Part shown: in pieces, positions 30,167-39,030 of the stretch
Position numbering within the stretch: the first letter of the stretch is position 1
Layout of the letters: each line of letters begins with the position of its first letter
From: Escherichia coli
GTDB lineage: Bacteria > Pseudomonadota > Gammaproteobacteria > Enterobacterales > Enterobacteriaceae
Length of the DNA: 64,000 nt
Direction: 5' to 3' (one strand)
Assembly: GCF_024502345.1 (NCBI RefSeq)
Contig: NZ_JALDNN010000001.1
The notes under the pieces: model-generated
Told to the model about the DNA's origin: nothing
Database searches by the model: none
The model's input: only the letters and a program-made list of their open reading frames with translations
Made by a program: the position numbers and the translations under genes

Positions 30167-32305
30167 TCAGGCAATTTCTTCCAGCGCATCGTCATTTGCC
30201 GGTGGAGGAGGAAGTATAAGCGCGTCGCACTCCCTGATGACATATTCAGGAATGAGATCAAACCGGGCAGGATCCAGCTGACAGATAAATTCATTTTCAA
30301 TGTGGTAGGTCTCATTCATGAATTTACGTATTACTGCGTTCTCGAGTCCGGTCTGAAGCAACCTGAACACCTGCAGTTTCTCGTAGCCATTACGGCAGAG
30401 CAGATAAAGCGCACGTATACGATCCGGGTCGGTGAGCTGAACGAAAGTGGCCTGGTAGTCAAAGCCGGGAATGCGATCGGCGATTGCCTGGCAGCCGAAG
30501 GCAACTTTTTCTGCGGACATTTCAGGATGTCCCACTCCCTGCACAACGGGTTCACGGGTGTCGATGGGCGTTTCACGGTGATGAAAAAGGTTTGACAGCA
30601 CCTGATAGGCATCACCGAGGTCGTCCATAATTTCATAATGTCGGCGAAGATAGATCAACTTGATGATGTCTTCACTATCAGAGTCAGTGACAGACTGGCA
30701 GATCTGAGCAAAAGTGCGGATATCACTTTCACCGATGAGCTGCTCGGTGATGCAGCCTGCGCTGTAGTGCAAGTGTGAGGCCGTAACCAGATTACTGAAC
30801 AGCTTCCTGACGGACTTCAGTGTATCAATAATAGGCTCAACATCGTGAGTCAGCATCAGTACCGTTTCATTTTTCAGGCACTCACCGGTATTGCGGCGAA
30901 ACAGCATCTCCAGGATGGCAAATTTCTTGTTCTTATCAAACGATGAAATCGGGTCGTCAAGAATGATCAGGCCTGGCTTCTTGGCTAAGCATTCATACAT
31001 AAACAGAACAATGGCAAAGGCGTTGCGTTCACCGTAGCTGAGATGCTGGCTGCCGCCGCTGACGTAGCCTTCAAAGTCTTCGTGGCGCAGTTTCAGCCGA
31101 CATTTATCGCCTTCCCCAGTGATATCCACCTGATAACGATAGCCTGCGTAAGCCAGAAAGGTATTGATATCGGTTTTATGCTTGAGGATCAGCTTCTGCA
31201 TGCCCTGACGCTGCTTATTTATTTGACCCTGCAGGCGTCCGGCCTGCGTCGTCAGGTCGTCTAAAGAGGTATTGAGACTGGCTACGGTGCGGGCCGTTTT
31301 ATCCGACTGCAGCTCCGGGAAAAACTTCACGTCTAGGCGACAGGCTTCCAGTGCAGCCTTGACGTTGGTTGAAGCGCTGAACGTAAAGCCGTTAAGAGTC
31401 TTAAGGGTATTCAGCATATTTATCAGGCTGTCTGTCTGCTTCTTCACTGTCACGAGATATTCTTCGTGCTGTTTTTCCAGCCCACTTTTTAGGGTTGTAA
31501 TATCAGCGAGGCGGGCACGGGCAGGCTCTGAAAAATATTCGCCGAGTTTATCTAGCACGCCGATCAGGCCGATCAGGTTTTTAATGACAGCCTTATCATA
31601 CTCCGCGCTGACGCGGCTAATCTGCTCGGCCTTTTCACGGGAGTCGCCAGTACAGAACGGACAGCAGCCGTCGGATAGCGCGGAGAATTTCTCATACCCC
31701 CGGGTCTGCCACTCGATCCACTCTACGCTGCTTTTACTTTGGATGTACGGCTTATAAGATTCCAAACCGTCGGGAATGTGCTGAAGCTTGTTGCCAGCGG
31801 ATAAGCCTTTCATACCGGTAGACGTTTTTGCAATCCCGGTACTACTCAGCTTAAATGCGGCGCTGAGTTCCCCCAGGTGCGTGATGAATTCTTCAAGCCC
31901 GACGTTATCAGCAAACTGCTGCCGTATGGCCACGACCATGGCTTCGATTTCGCGTTCTGTCTCGTGATACGCTTCACTTTTGATGAAGATGTCAAAACTA
32001 TTACTTACTAACTCGTCTGGTTGAAAAGTGAATTGATCGACATATTTTTCATTAAAGCACATGACGTTTTGCAGGCCATCGACACCAGTTACCCTAGGCT
32101 GTACTGCATCGGGATTAGAACCACGGTATCTAAACGGAAGCAGGTCGCTGAGACCCTGTTCATCCCCGTTTACCGTACACTGAATCGCGCGGGAAATGGT
32201 GCTTTTTCCGGTGCCGTTAGGCGCAAATTTAATATTTAGTTTTTTTTCTGCCAGAGTTATATTTGCTTTATCGATGTTATTACAGCAATTAATTTCAATT
32301 TCCAT
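30167..32305 (-). CDS. AAA_13 / RloC-PrrC-like ABC-type ATPase (candidate anticodon nuclease or abortive-infection protein)
   Basis: Walker A APNGTGKST, a coiled-coil insert with CCPFC, signature LSYGERNAF and Walker B LIILDDP. The C-terminal region contains RRHYE...FHHRE. Confidence 0.65.
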   Translation of the reverse strand: MEIEINCCNNIDKANITLAEKKLNIKFAPNGTGKSTISRAIQCTVNGDEQGLSDLLPFRYRGSNPDAVQPRVTGVDGLQNVMCFNEKYVDQFTFQPDELVSNSFDIFIKSEAYHETEREIEAMVVAIRQQFADNVGLEEFITHLGELSAAFKLSSTGIAKTSTGMKGLSAGNKLQHIPDGLESYKPYIQSKSSVEWIEWQTRGYEKFSALSDGCCPFCTGDSREKAEQISRVSAEYDKAVIKNLIGLIGVLDKLGEYFSEPARARLADITTLKSGLEKQHEEYLVTVKKQTDSLINMLNTLKTLNGFTFSASTNVKAALEACRLDVKFFPELQSDKTARTVASLNTSLDDLTTQAGRLQGQINKQRQGMQKLILKHKTDINTFLAYAGYRYQVDITGEGDKCRLKLRHEDFEGYVSGGSQHLSYGERNAFAIVLFMYECLAKKPGLIILDDPISSFDKNKKFAILEMLFRRNTGECLKNETVLMLTHDVEPIIDTLKSVRKLFSNLVTASHLHYSAGCITEQLIGESDIRTFAQICQSVTDSDSEDIIKLIYLRRHYEIMDDLGDAYQVLSNLFHHRETPIDTREPVVQGVGHPEMSAEKVAFGCQAIADRIPGFDYQATFVQLTDPDRIRALYLLCRNGYEKLQVFRLLQTGLENAVIRKFMNETYHIENEFICQLDPARFDLIPEYVIRECDALILPPPPANDDALEEIA

Positions 32306-32482
32306 ACCTAATCCTTTACGGCAAAGACACTGAGCAGGCCCCGTATATTGCAGGCCCGATTAATTATTTAAGCTGAAGCCAGAACATATAAGCACCGTTT
32401 CATTTTTGAGTAAAGCACTCCGGGATTCGCCCTTGGTACCGCAGCGCCGGAGCAGTTGTTTTATAGAGCGTATGTACGGCGC

Positions 32483-32518
32483 TTGTGATGTATGTCCGCT
32501 TCGTGCCAAGAGCGGACA
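32483..32518 (+). repeat. hairpin repeat copy 2 (TTGTGATGTA plus TGTCCGCT-loop-AGCGGACA)
   Basis: Read directly. The hairpin has the same orientation as copy 1, while the adjoining 10-mer is inverted. Confidence 0.85.
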
Positions 32519-32588
32519 TTTGCACCCTCAGTACCCGCACCAGACTAAGCCGGCTCAGCAATGTCGGCGTTGCTGATACTGACAGACG

Positions 32589-33424
32589 TTATGCCGTTTT
32601 AAAGCGACGTTTCCGGTGTATCACCATGAGAGCGACAATTACCGCCACCGCAATTGTCGCGGTCCCCCGGAAGACGACTGATGAATCTCCTAGGATGATT
32701 TCCATGAATGATGATAAAAACTGGCCGGAGAATATAGCCATAGAAAGCCAGGCAAGGTTACGTCCCCGGACGCGAGCGTGACTCTGCTCGACTGTCATAT
32801 GATTCACAAGCGGCACCGACAGACCAAACCCACAACTCATTAAAACCCCGCCAGCGATGTAGAACACTACATTATCAGCGAATGAAAATATGAAATGTCC
32901 GGCAGCGTAGCAGCTAAACGCCGTGTACAGATTTCCGTACTCACGTAAACGCGCTATGAGGCGCGGCATCATCGCAGCAGCCCCGACGGCGACCAGTGAG
33001 ATAAACGACAGAAAGTATCCGGTTTCTGCTGCCCCAATAGCCATGCAGCTAAACACCTGCGGAATGATGATAATGCTGGTGAAGAAGCAAATCATGGACA
33101 GCAGGGCTGCAAAAAGCACAGGCGCTAATCGAGTCGCACTCACCGATTCGCTTTCTCCGGCGTTTTCATTCATGTTTTCTGTCCCAGAGGACAATTGTTA
33201 CGGCACAAACGCCAGCTGCATAACCAGAAGAACCTAGGCAAAAAGATGAAGCAAAAACGGCCACTGCCAGCCAAGGGTTGCAAGTAATCCGCCTATAAAC
33301 AGAAAAATGACACCGCCCAGCTCAATCAACATTCCCTGCGAAGGTATCATTTTCAGGCAAGCCTGACCGCTATGAAACGAGGAAATCAATCCGGTTCCTG
33401 CTGACATGACGATGGCGGTATCTG
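32589..33424 (-). pseudogene. MFS-type transporter remnant: 5' end removed by IS insertion, two in-frame stops
   Basis: The 6-TM ORF at 32589-33194 continues in the same frame upstream through TAA (33198-33200) and TAG (33234-33236) into further TM-like sequence, up to the IS end at 33425. Confidence 0.6.
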
Positions 33425-33442
33425 TGAATCGCCACGGATAAT

Positions 33443-33909
33443 CTAGACACTTCCGAGCCGTTGATAATACTGGTTTTCATATTCTGTCGGTGACATCTGA
33501 TCGCTAGAACCATGCCGACGCCTACTGTTATAAAACATTTCGATGTAATCAAAAATATCGCTGCGGGCTTCTTCCCGCGTTCCGTAGATCTTTTTCTTTA
33601 TCCGCTCGCGTTTCAGTAACTGGAAAAAGCTTTCTGCAACCGCGTTATCGTGGCAGTTACCACGACGGCTCATGCTGCCCTCCAGTCCGTGTGATTTCAG
33701 GAACGACTGCCACTCATGGCTTGTGTACTGACTGCCCTGATCCGAGTGAACCAGCACCTGTTTTTGGGGGTTACGCCGCCATACAGCCATCAGCAGTGCG
33801 TTCAGGACAATGTCCTTTGTCATCCGGGATTGCATTGACCAGCCGATAATTTTACGTGAGAACAGATCAACAACCACGGCAAGATACAGCCAGCCTTCGT
33901 GAGTCCTGA
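33443..33909 (-). pseudogene. IS3-family orfB, 3' part (exon 2 relative to the intron)
   Basis: The translation continues IRTHEGWLYLAVVVDLFSRKIIGW...HSDQGSQY...NAVAESFF. Confidence 0.85.
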
Positions 33910-33960
33910 GTAGAGTAAGAGGCAGGGCGTAGTCGGACTATTTCCCTGCCTCTCCTCCCC

Positions 33961-33994
33961 GAACCGGACGTGCACCTTTCAGCGCATCCGGCTC
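33961..33994 (-). ncRNA. group II intron domain V
   Basis: The minus strand reads GAGCCGGATGCGCTGAAAGGTGCACGTCCGGTTC, a canonical 34-nt DV hairpin with a GAAA loop, 5 nt after the IEP stop. Confidence 0.9.
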
Positions 33995-33999
33995 TCCAT

Positions 34000-35523
34000 T
34001 TAAATGCTGGCGAACGCCATTGCCACTTCTGTAAAGCGCGATGTATACGTGTTTCTGGTCTCCGTCCTCAGATAGGGATTACCTTCGGGTAGCCGCCAGC
34101 GGAACAGCTTCTTGCCTTGCCCCACCAACCGGTACAGTATTTCGCCGCTGAGCTTGCCGTGATTGGTTTTACCAAATAAAACCCACGTTTTGCTCTGACC
34201 CGGTTTCGGTGATTTACACCACCACCTCATCAGGGAAGCGATACCTGTACGGTATTTGCGGGCCAGCCAGTGAGCCAGCTTCCAGAACACGACACGGTCG
34301 ATATAACTGAAGACTTTGGCCTTAAAATCAACGAACTGATAGAACATAGCCCAGCCTTTCAGTTTTCGGTTGAGTTGTTCAGCCATATCGACTTTGCTTT
34401 CACTGTAGTTGCCTGATAACAGTGCTGTCAGCGATGCGGCGAAGTTTCTGGCTTTCTCCTGCGGGATCGTTGAGACCACTCGCATCTCGCCATAACGACT
34501 GCGTTTGCGAATGATCCTGTGCCCCAGAAAGATAAAGCCGTCATTAACATGGGTGATTTTAGTCTTATCCATGTTCAGCCTGAGTTTCAGACTGCCTTCG
34601 AGCACACCCCGACACTCCTCCCTGATGGCTTCCGCCTGTGCTTTGGTGCCTTTGACGATGAGGACAAAATCATCGGCATAGCGGCAGTACGCCACCGCGG
34701 GTTTCCACTGCCAGTTTTCTCTGACCGCCGTACTTCGGCCCCGTTGGATACTGTTATTCCAGTACCACCGATCTTTTCTGGCTTTCCCGCTCAGGTAGCG
34801 CTCATGCAGGTATTGATCGAACTCATTCAGCATGATGTTCGATAATAGCGGCGATATAACACCGCCCTGTGGCACACCTTCACTGGCCGCCCGAAAGAGA
34901 CCGACATCGATATGTCCCGCCTTGATGGTTTTCCACAGCAGAGTCATGAAACGTGCGTCACTGATCCTGCGGCGTACAGCCTTCATCAGCAGTCGATGAT
35001 GTACGGTGTCGAAGTAACTGGACAGGTCGCCTTCAATCACCCAGCGTCCCCGGGTTTCACCACAGTCTGTGAGCTGTAATTTCACCGTGCGGATCGCGTG
35101 GTGGACACTGCGCTCAGGCCGGAAGCCATATGAGAGCGTATGAAAATCACTCTCCCATATCGGCTCCATCGCCATCAGCATGGCCCGCTGAACAATACGA
35201 TCCCGCAACGCGGGGATACCCAGTGGTCGCAGTTTGCCGTTGCTTTTAGGGATGTAAACCCGTCTGGCGGGCAAGGGCTGGTAGTGGCCTGAGAGTAATT
35301 CATCCCTGAGGATTTGCAGCTCAACAGCCAGTCTGGCCTGTAGCATTGTTTTGTTCACGCCATCAACGCCGGGGGTATGGGCCCCCTTTGATGAAAGCGT
35401 GATCCGCGCCGCTTCAGCCAGCCATTCTGGTTGTGTTATCAGACGCAGCAGCCGTTGAATCCGTAGGGACGGATCGGTGGCTGCCCATGTGGCAAGCTTG
35501 CGTTGCATTTCGCTGATTATCAA
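34000..35523 (-). CDS. group II intron reverse transcriptase/maturase (IEP)
   Basis: RT motifs are present, including YADDFVLIV, plus a maturase (X) domain. No obvious HNH endonuclease Cys/His cluster is seen at the C-terminus. Confidence 0.9.
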   Translation of the reverse strand: MIISEMQRKLATWAATDPSLRIQRLLRLITQPEWLAEAARITLSSKGAHTPGVDGVNKTMLQARLAVELQILRDELLSGHYQPLPARRVYIPKSNGKLRPLGIPALRDRIVQRAMLMAMEPIWESDFHTLSYGFRPERSVHHAIRTVKLQLTDCGETRGRWVIEGDLSSYFDTVHHRLLMKAVRRRISDARFMTLLWKTIKAGHIDVGLFRAASEGVPQGGVISPLLSNIMLNEFDQYLHERYLSGKARKDRWYWNNSIQRGRSTAVRENWQWKPAVAYCRYADDFVLIVKGTKAQAEAIREECRGVLEGSLKLRLNMDKTKITHVNDGFIFLGHRIIRKRSRYGEMRVVSTIPQEKARNFAASLTALLSGNYSESKVDMAEQLNRKLKGWAMFYQFVDFKAKVFSYIDRVVFWKLAHWLARKYRTGIASLMRWWCKSPKPGQSKTWVLFGKTNHGKLSGEILYRLVGQGKKLFRWRLPEGNPYLRTETRNTYTSRFTEVAMAFASI

Positions 35524-36179
35524 AGGTCTTCACCTCGTTAGGTCAGTTAATTCACGTCGCAAACACATTCAAACTGCTTCCCTTCGCCATGTAATGGGCT
35601 TTCCCCATCGCGGACTACTACGGAAGCTCCGCCAGCCAGCGCGTCATCGGAGCCATGCCCCCTTAACATCCGTCGCTGACCTTCCCCGGTTTACCTGCCT
35701 GGACTCAGGCATACTGAGGAGGCTGCCCGTCGCACTCTTTATCCTTGCTTGCCGCAAGTTGGCAGAAGTCAGCAACGCAAGCGTGATAGACGCTGCTGCC
35801 CCGGTGTTTCGCATACATGTCAAAACACCTTCGACCGGCAGTGCTTACGTATCACTGCCAGTTCCTCCTGCACGGCCTGTCAGATCACGTAGGCCGTGGT
35901 GACGTTTTCAACCCACAGAGGCGGATTAACGGGTTCATGTTCTTCAGCCTTTCAGTACTTAACCTTGAGGATCATCTCGGCTTAGTGATCTCGCCTCAAT
36001 CCCCGTTGTCAGCGGGTTACATCACCCTGCGGGCATGCCGCAGGTCACTGCCGCTCAGGTTCTCCACCGTCACACCCGGTGGGATTGTTGGGTTTCTCAT
36101 CGTGAGTTACCGGTTCAATATTCCAGACAGACTCGCGGTTCATTTAAGCATCCATGCCCGCCCTGAACTCCGGGCACAC

Positions 36180-36611
36180 TGTAGGTTATGTCCGTTACCC
36201 AACGCTCATCCGGAGCATCCGGATTGAACTGTCGCTGGAGCCTGTTGGGCGACACAATACTGGCCTCGCCTTTACGTGCCCGCGGGCTCCGGTATCCGAC
36301 CTGAGCCTTTATCCCGACACGTTTCATCAGTCGCCAGACTCTGTTGACTCCGCACTGTTGCCCGCTATCCCGCAGATCCAGATGGATCTTGCGATAACCA
36401 TAGACACATCCCGATTCCAGCCAGAACTGTTTAATCTGTCCTGTCAGTCTCAGGTCTACCTGATGGCGTTGTGAATGCGGCTGCTGAAGCCAGGAGTAAA
36501 AGCCACTGGGATGAACATCCAGCACCCTACAAAGCAGGCGAACAGGCCAGAAACAGGTGTTGTCGCGGATAAAGGCGTACCTCAGTCGGACAGTTTTGCG
36601 AAGTACGCCGC
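36180..36611 (-). pseudogene. IS3-family segment: orfA 3' end (...AAYFAKLSD*) and orfB 5' half
   Basis: The translation ...GFYSWLQQPHSQRH...ERWVTDITY ends at the intron 5' junction. Confidence 0.85.
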
Positions 36612-37832
36612 TGTAGATTCAATTGGTCAACGCAACAGTTATGTGAAAACATGGGGTTGCGGAGGTTTTTTGAATGAGACGAACATTTACAGCAGAGGAA
36701 AAAGCCTCTGTTTTTGAACTATGGAAGAACGGAACAGGCTTCAGTGAAATAGCGAATATCCTGGGTTCAAAACCCGGAACGATCTTCACTATGTTAAGGG
36801 ATACTGGCGGCATAAAACCCCATGAGCGTAAGCGGGCTGTAGCTCACCTGACACTGTCTGAGCGCGAGGAGATACGAGCTGGTTTGTCAGCCAAAATGAG
36901 CATTCGTGCGATAGCTACTGCGCTGAATCGCAGTCCTTCGACGATCTCACGTGAAGTTCAGCGTAATCGGGGCAGACGCTATTACAAAGCTGTTGATGCT
37001 AATAACCGAGCCAACAGAATGGCGAAAAGGCCAAAACCGTGCTTACTGGATCAAAATTTACCATTGCGAAAGCTTGTTCTGGAAAAGCTGGAGATGAAAT
37101 GGTCTCCAGAGCAAATATCAGGATGGTTAAGGCGAACAAAACCACGTCAAAAAACGCTGCGAATATCACCTGAGACAATTTATAAAACGCTGTACTTTCG
37201 TAGCCGTGAAGCGCTACACCACCTGAATATACAGCATCTGCGACGGTCGCATAGCCTTCGCCATGGCAGGCGTCATACCCGCAAAGGCGAAAGAGGTACG
37301 ATTAACATAGTGAACGGAACACCAATTCACGAACGTTCCCGAAATATCGATAACAGACGCTCTCTGGGGCATTGGGAGGGCGATTTAGTCTCAGGTACAA
37401 AAAACTCTCATATAGCCACACTTGTAGACCGAAAATCACGTTATACGATCATCCTTAGACTCAGGGGCAAAGATTCTGTCTCAGTAAATCAGGCTCTTAC
37501 CGACAAATTCCTGAGTTTACCGTCAGAACTCAGAAAATCACTGACATGGGACAGAGGAATGGAACTGGCCAGACATCTAGAATTTACTGTCAGCACCGGC
37601 GTTAAAGTTTACTTCTGCGATCCTCAGAGTCCTTGGCAGCGGGGAACAAATGAGAACACAAATGGGCTAATTCGGCAGTACTTTCCTAAAAAGACATGTC
37701 TTGCCCAATATACTCAACATGAACTAGATCTGGTTGCTGCTCAGCTAAACAACAGACCGAGAAAGACACTGAAGTTCAAAACACCGAAAGAGATAATTGA
37801 AAGGGGTGTTGCATTGACAGATTGAATCTACA
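36612..37832 (+). mobile_element. IS30, complete (1221 bp) with a 2-bp GC target duplication
   Basis: Ends are TGTAGATTCAATTGGTCAACGC and ...GATTGAATCTACA. GC flanks both ends. Confidence 0.95.
36674..37825 (+). CDS. insI: IS30 transposase
   Basis: 383 aa, MRRTFTAEEKASVFELWKNGTGFSEIANILGSKPGTIF... matches the IS30 transposase by recall. Confidence 0.95.
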   Translation: MRRTFTAEEKASVFELWKNGTGFSEIANILGSKPGTIFTMLRDTGGIKPHERKRAVAHLTLSEREEIRAGLSAKMSIRAIATALNRSPSTISREVQRNRGRRYYKAVDANNRANRMAKRPKPCLLDQNLPLRKLVLEKLEMKWSPEQISGWLRRTKPRQKTLRISPETIYKTLYFRSREALHHLNIQHLRRSHSLRHGRRHTRKGERGTINIVNGTPIHERSRNIDNRRSLGHWEGDLVSGTKNSHIATLVDRKSRYTIILRLRGKDSVSVNQALTDKFLSLPSELRKSLTWDRGMELARHLEFTVSTGVKVYFCDPQSPWQRGTNENTNGLIRQYFPKKTCLAQYTQHELDLVAAQLNNRPRKTLKFKTPKEIIERGVALTD

Positions 37833-38083
37833 GCGGCTTTTTTTAATATGTCCCGTTCGTCGGTAACCCGCTTCAGCTCTTTCTGAAGGCGGCGGATCTC
37901 GGTCTGAGCATCTGACTGTTCTTTATTAGTGGAAGAATCCGGGCCGTACTTCTTTATCCAGGCGTAAAGGCTGTGGGTGGTGATATCGAGACGTGTTGCA
38001 ACGCTGGCAACAGAATAACCGCGATCAACAACCTGTTTGACTGCTTCAATTTTAAACTCTTCGGGATAACGCTTACCGCTCAT
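37833..38083 (-). pseudogene. IS3-family orfA 5' part, cut by IS30 next to the A7G frameshift motif
   Basis: MSGKRYPEEFKIEAVKQVVDRGYSVASVATRLDITTHSLYAWIKKYG...ILKKAA, then IS30. Confidence 0.85.
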
Positions 38084-38239
38084 GGGCACCTCTCTTTAAG
38101 CCATCTTAAATGACTCTGAGGTGTCTGTTAAACCCGTGGCGATTCAAGAAGGTTGAATATGATTCCCGACTCATTAATGGAACGCTGCATGATGTTATGC
38201 ATTACGGGTTGACATTACGATGTGACGGGCCGGGTTAGC

Positions 38240-38726
38240 TGTATGGAGCCTGTACACAAGTTTGTGTAATTGCCTGATTTTGATATGTTCAATTCAACAT
38301 CAAAAGCAGGTTACTTTATGGACGAAAAACAGTTGTAGGCTCTGGCTAACGAACTGACCAAAAATCTCAAAACCCCTGACGATCTCAACCAGTTCGATCG
38401 CCTGCTGAAAAAAATCAACGTTGAGCGCCGCCTCAACGCCGAAATGCTCCATCACCTCGGCTACGGTAAACATCAGTCTAAACCGGGTGCCAACTCCCGC
38501 AACGGCTATTTCACAAAAACCGTTACCACCGGCGATGGCCCGCTGGAACTGCGTACGCCGTGCGATCGTGACGGCTCCTTCGAGCCCCAACTGGTGAAGA
38601 AAAACCAGACCCGGATCACCGGGATGGATAACCAAATCCTGTCACTGTACGCCAAAGGGATGACCACCCGTGAGATAGTGGCTGCGTTCAAAGAGTTGTA
38701 TGACGCGGATGTCTCACCGACGCTGG
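38240..38726 (+). pseudogene. IS256-family (IS1414-like) fragment: left end plus a transposase N-terminus with an in-frame TAG, truncated
   Basis: ATG at 38318 and TAG at 38336-38338. The frame then reads ALANELTKNLKTPDDLNQFDRLLKK...GMTTREIVAAFKELYDADVSPTL. The left boundary is approximate. Confidence 0.7.
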
Positions 38727-39030
38727 TAGTCCTTCATGCTCCGGAAGGTCAGACTGATGTTGTCTTCACTGCCATCATCAGCAAGCGTGTTTTTAACGGT
38801 AAGATTGACTTTTGGGGAATATTCAGAAATGACAGAATCACAATTATTTTTATTCAAATCAACTTTTTTGCGCTCAGACAAGGGGCAGACTCCTGACCAT
38901 TACTGAAGTCGCCCGCCACGAGCAATTTCAGGGGGAGCTCCGTTTTCTTGCTCGCACCACCGGTATGCAAATCAAGTTTTAAATTAATACGCGCTTTAGG
39001 GATTTCGGACTGAAAGGAAGAATTAGACAT
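38727..39030 (-). pseudogene. tssB: T6SS sheath small subunit TssB (VipA) remnant: frameshifted and 3'-truncated
   Basis: The minus strand reads MSNSSFQSEIPKARINLKLDLHTGGASKKTELPLKLLVAGDFSNGQES, then a frameshift, then PLSERKKVDLNKNN...ISLTFRSMKD. It ends at the IS256-family junction. Confidence 0.75.

Larger units (their letters stand above)
33910..36179 (-). mobile_element. bacterial group II intron (2270 nt) with an RT/maturase ORF in domain IV
   Basis: The 5' end is GTGTG immediately after exon ...ACCTACA. The 3' end is ...CTCTAC before TCAGGACTCAC. Joining the exons restores ...TDITY-IRTHEG... Confidence 0.9.
33425..38146 (-). mobile_element. IS3-family element (about 1229 bp of IS sequence) interrupted by a group II intron and by IS30
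   Basis: Terminal IRs TGAATCGCCACGG... lie at 33425 (plus strand) and 38146 (reverse complement). orfA and orfB pieces are recovered on the minus strand. 4722 bp = 1229 + 2270 + 1221 + 2. Confidence 0.85.

Noticed and set aside
38318-38726. Possible embedded astA (EAST1) gene, as in IS1414
   Set aside because: The fragment ends well before the part of the transposase gene where astA lies, and I could not find the MPSTQYIRR reading frame.
38444-38896. 150-aa plus-strand ORF
   Set aside because: It is a chimera: an IS256-family transposase fragment read through into the antisense strand of the tssB remnant.
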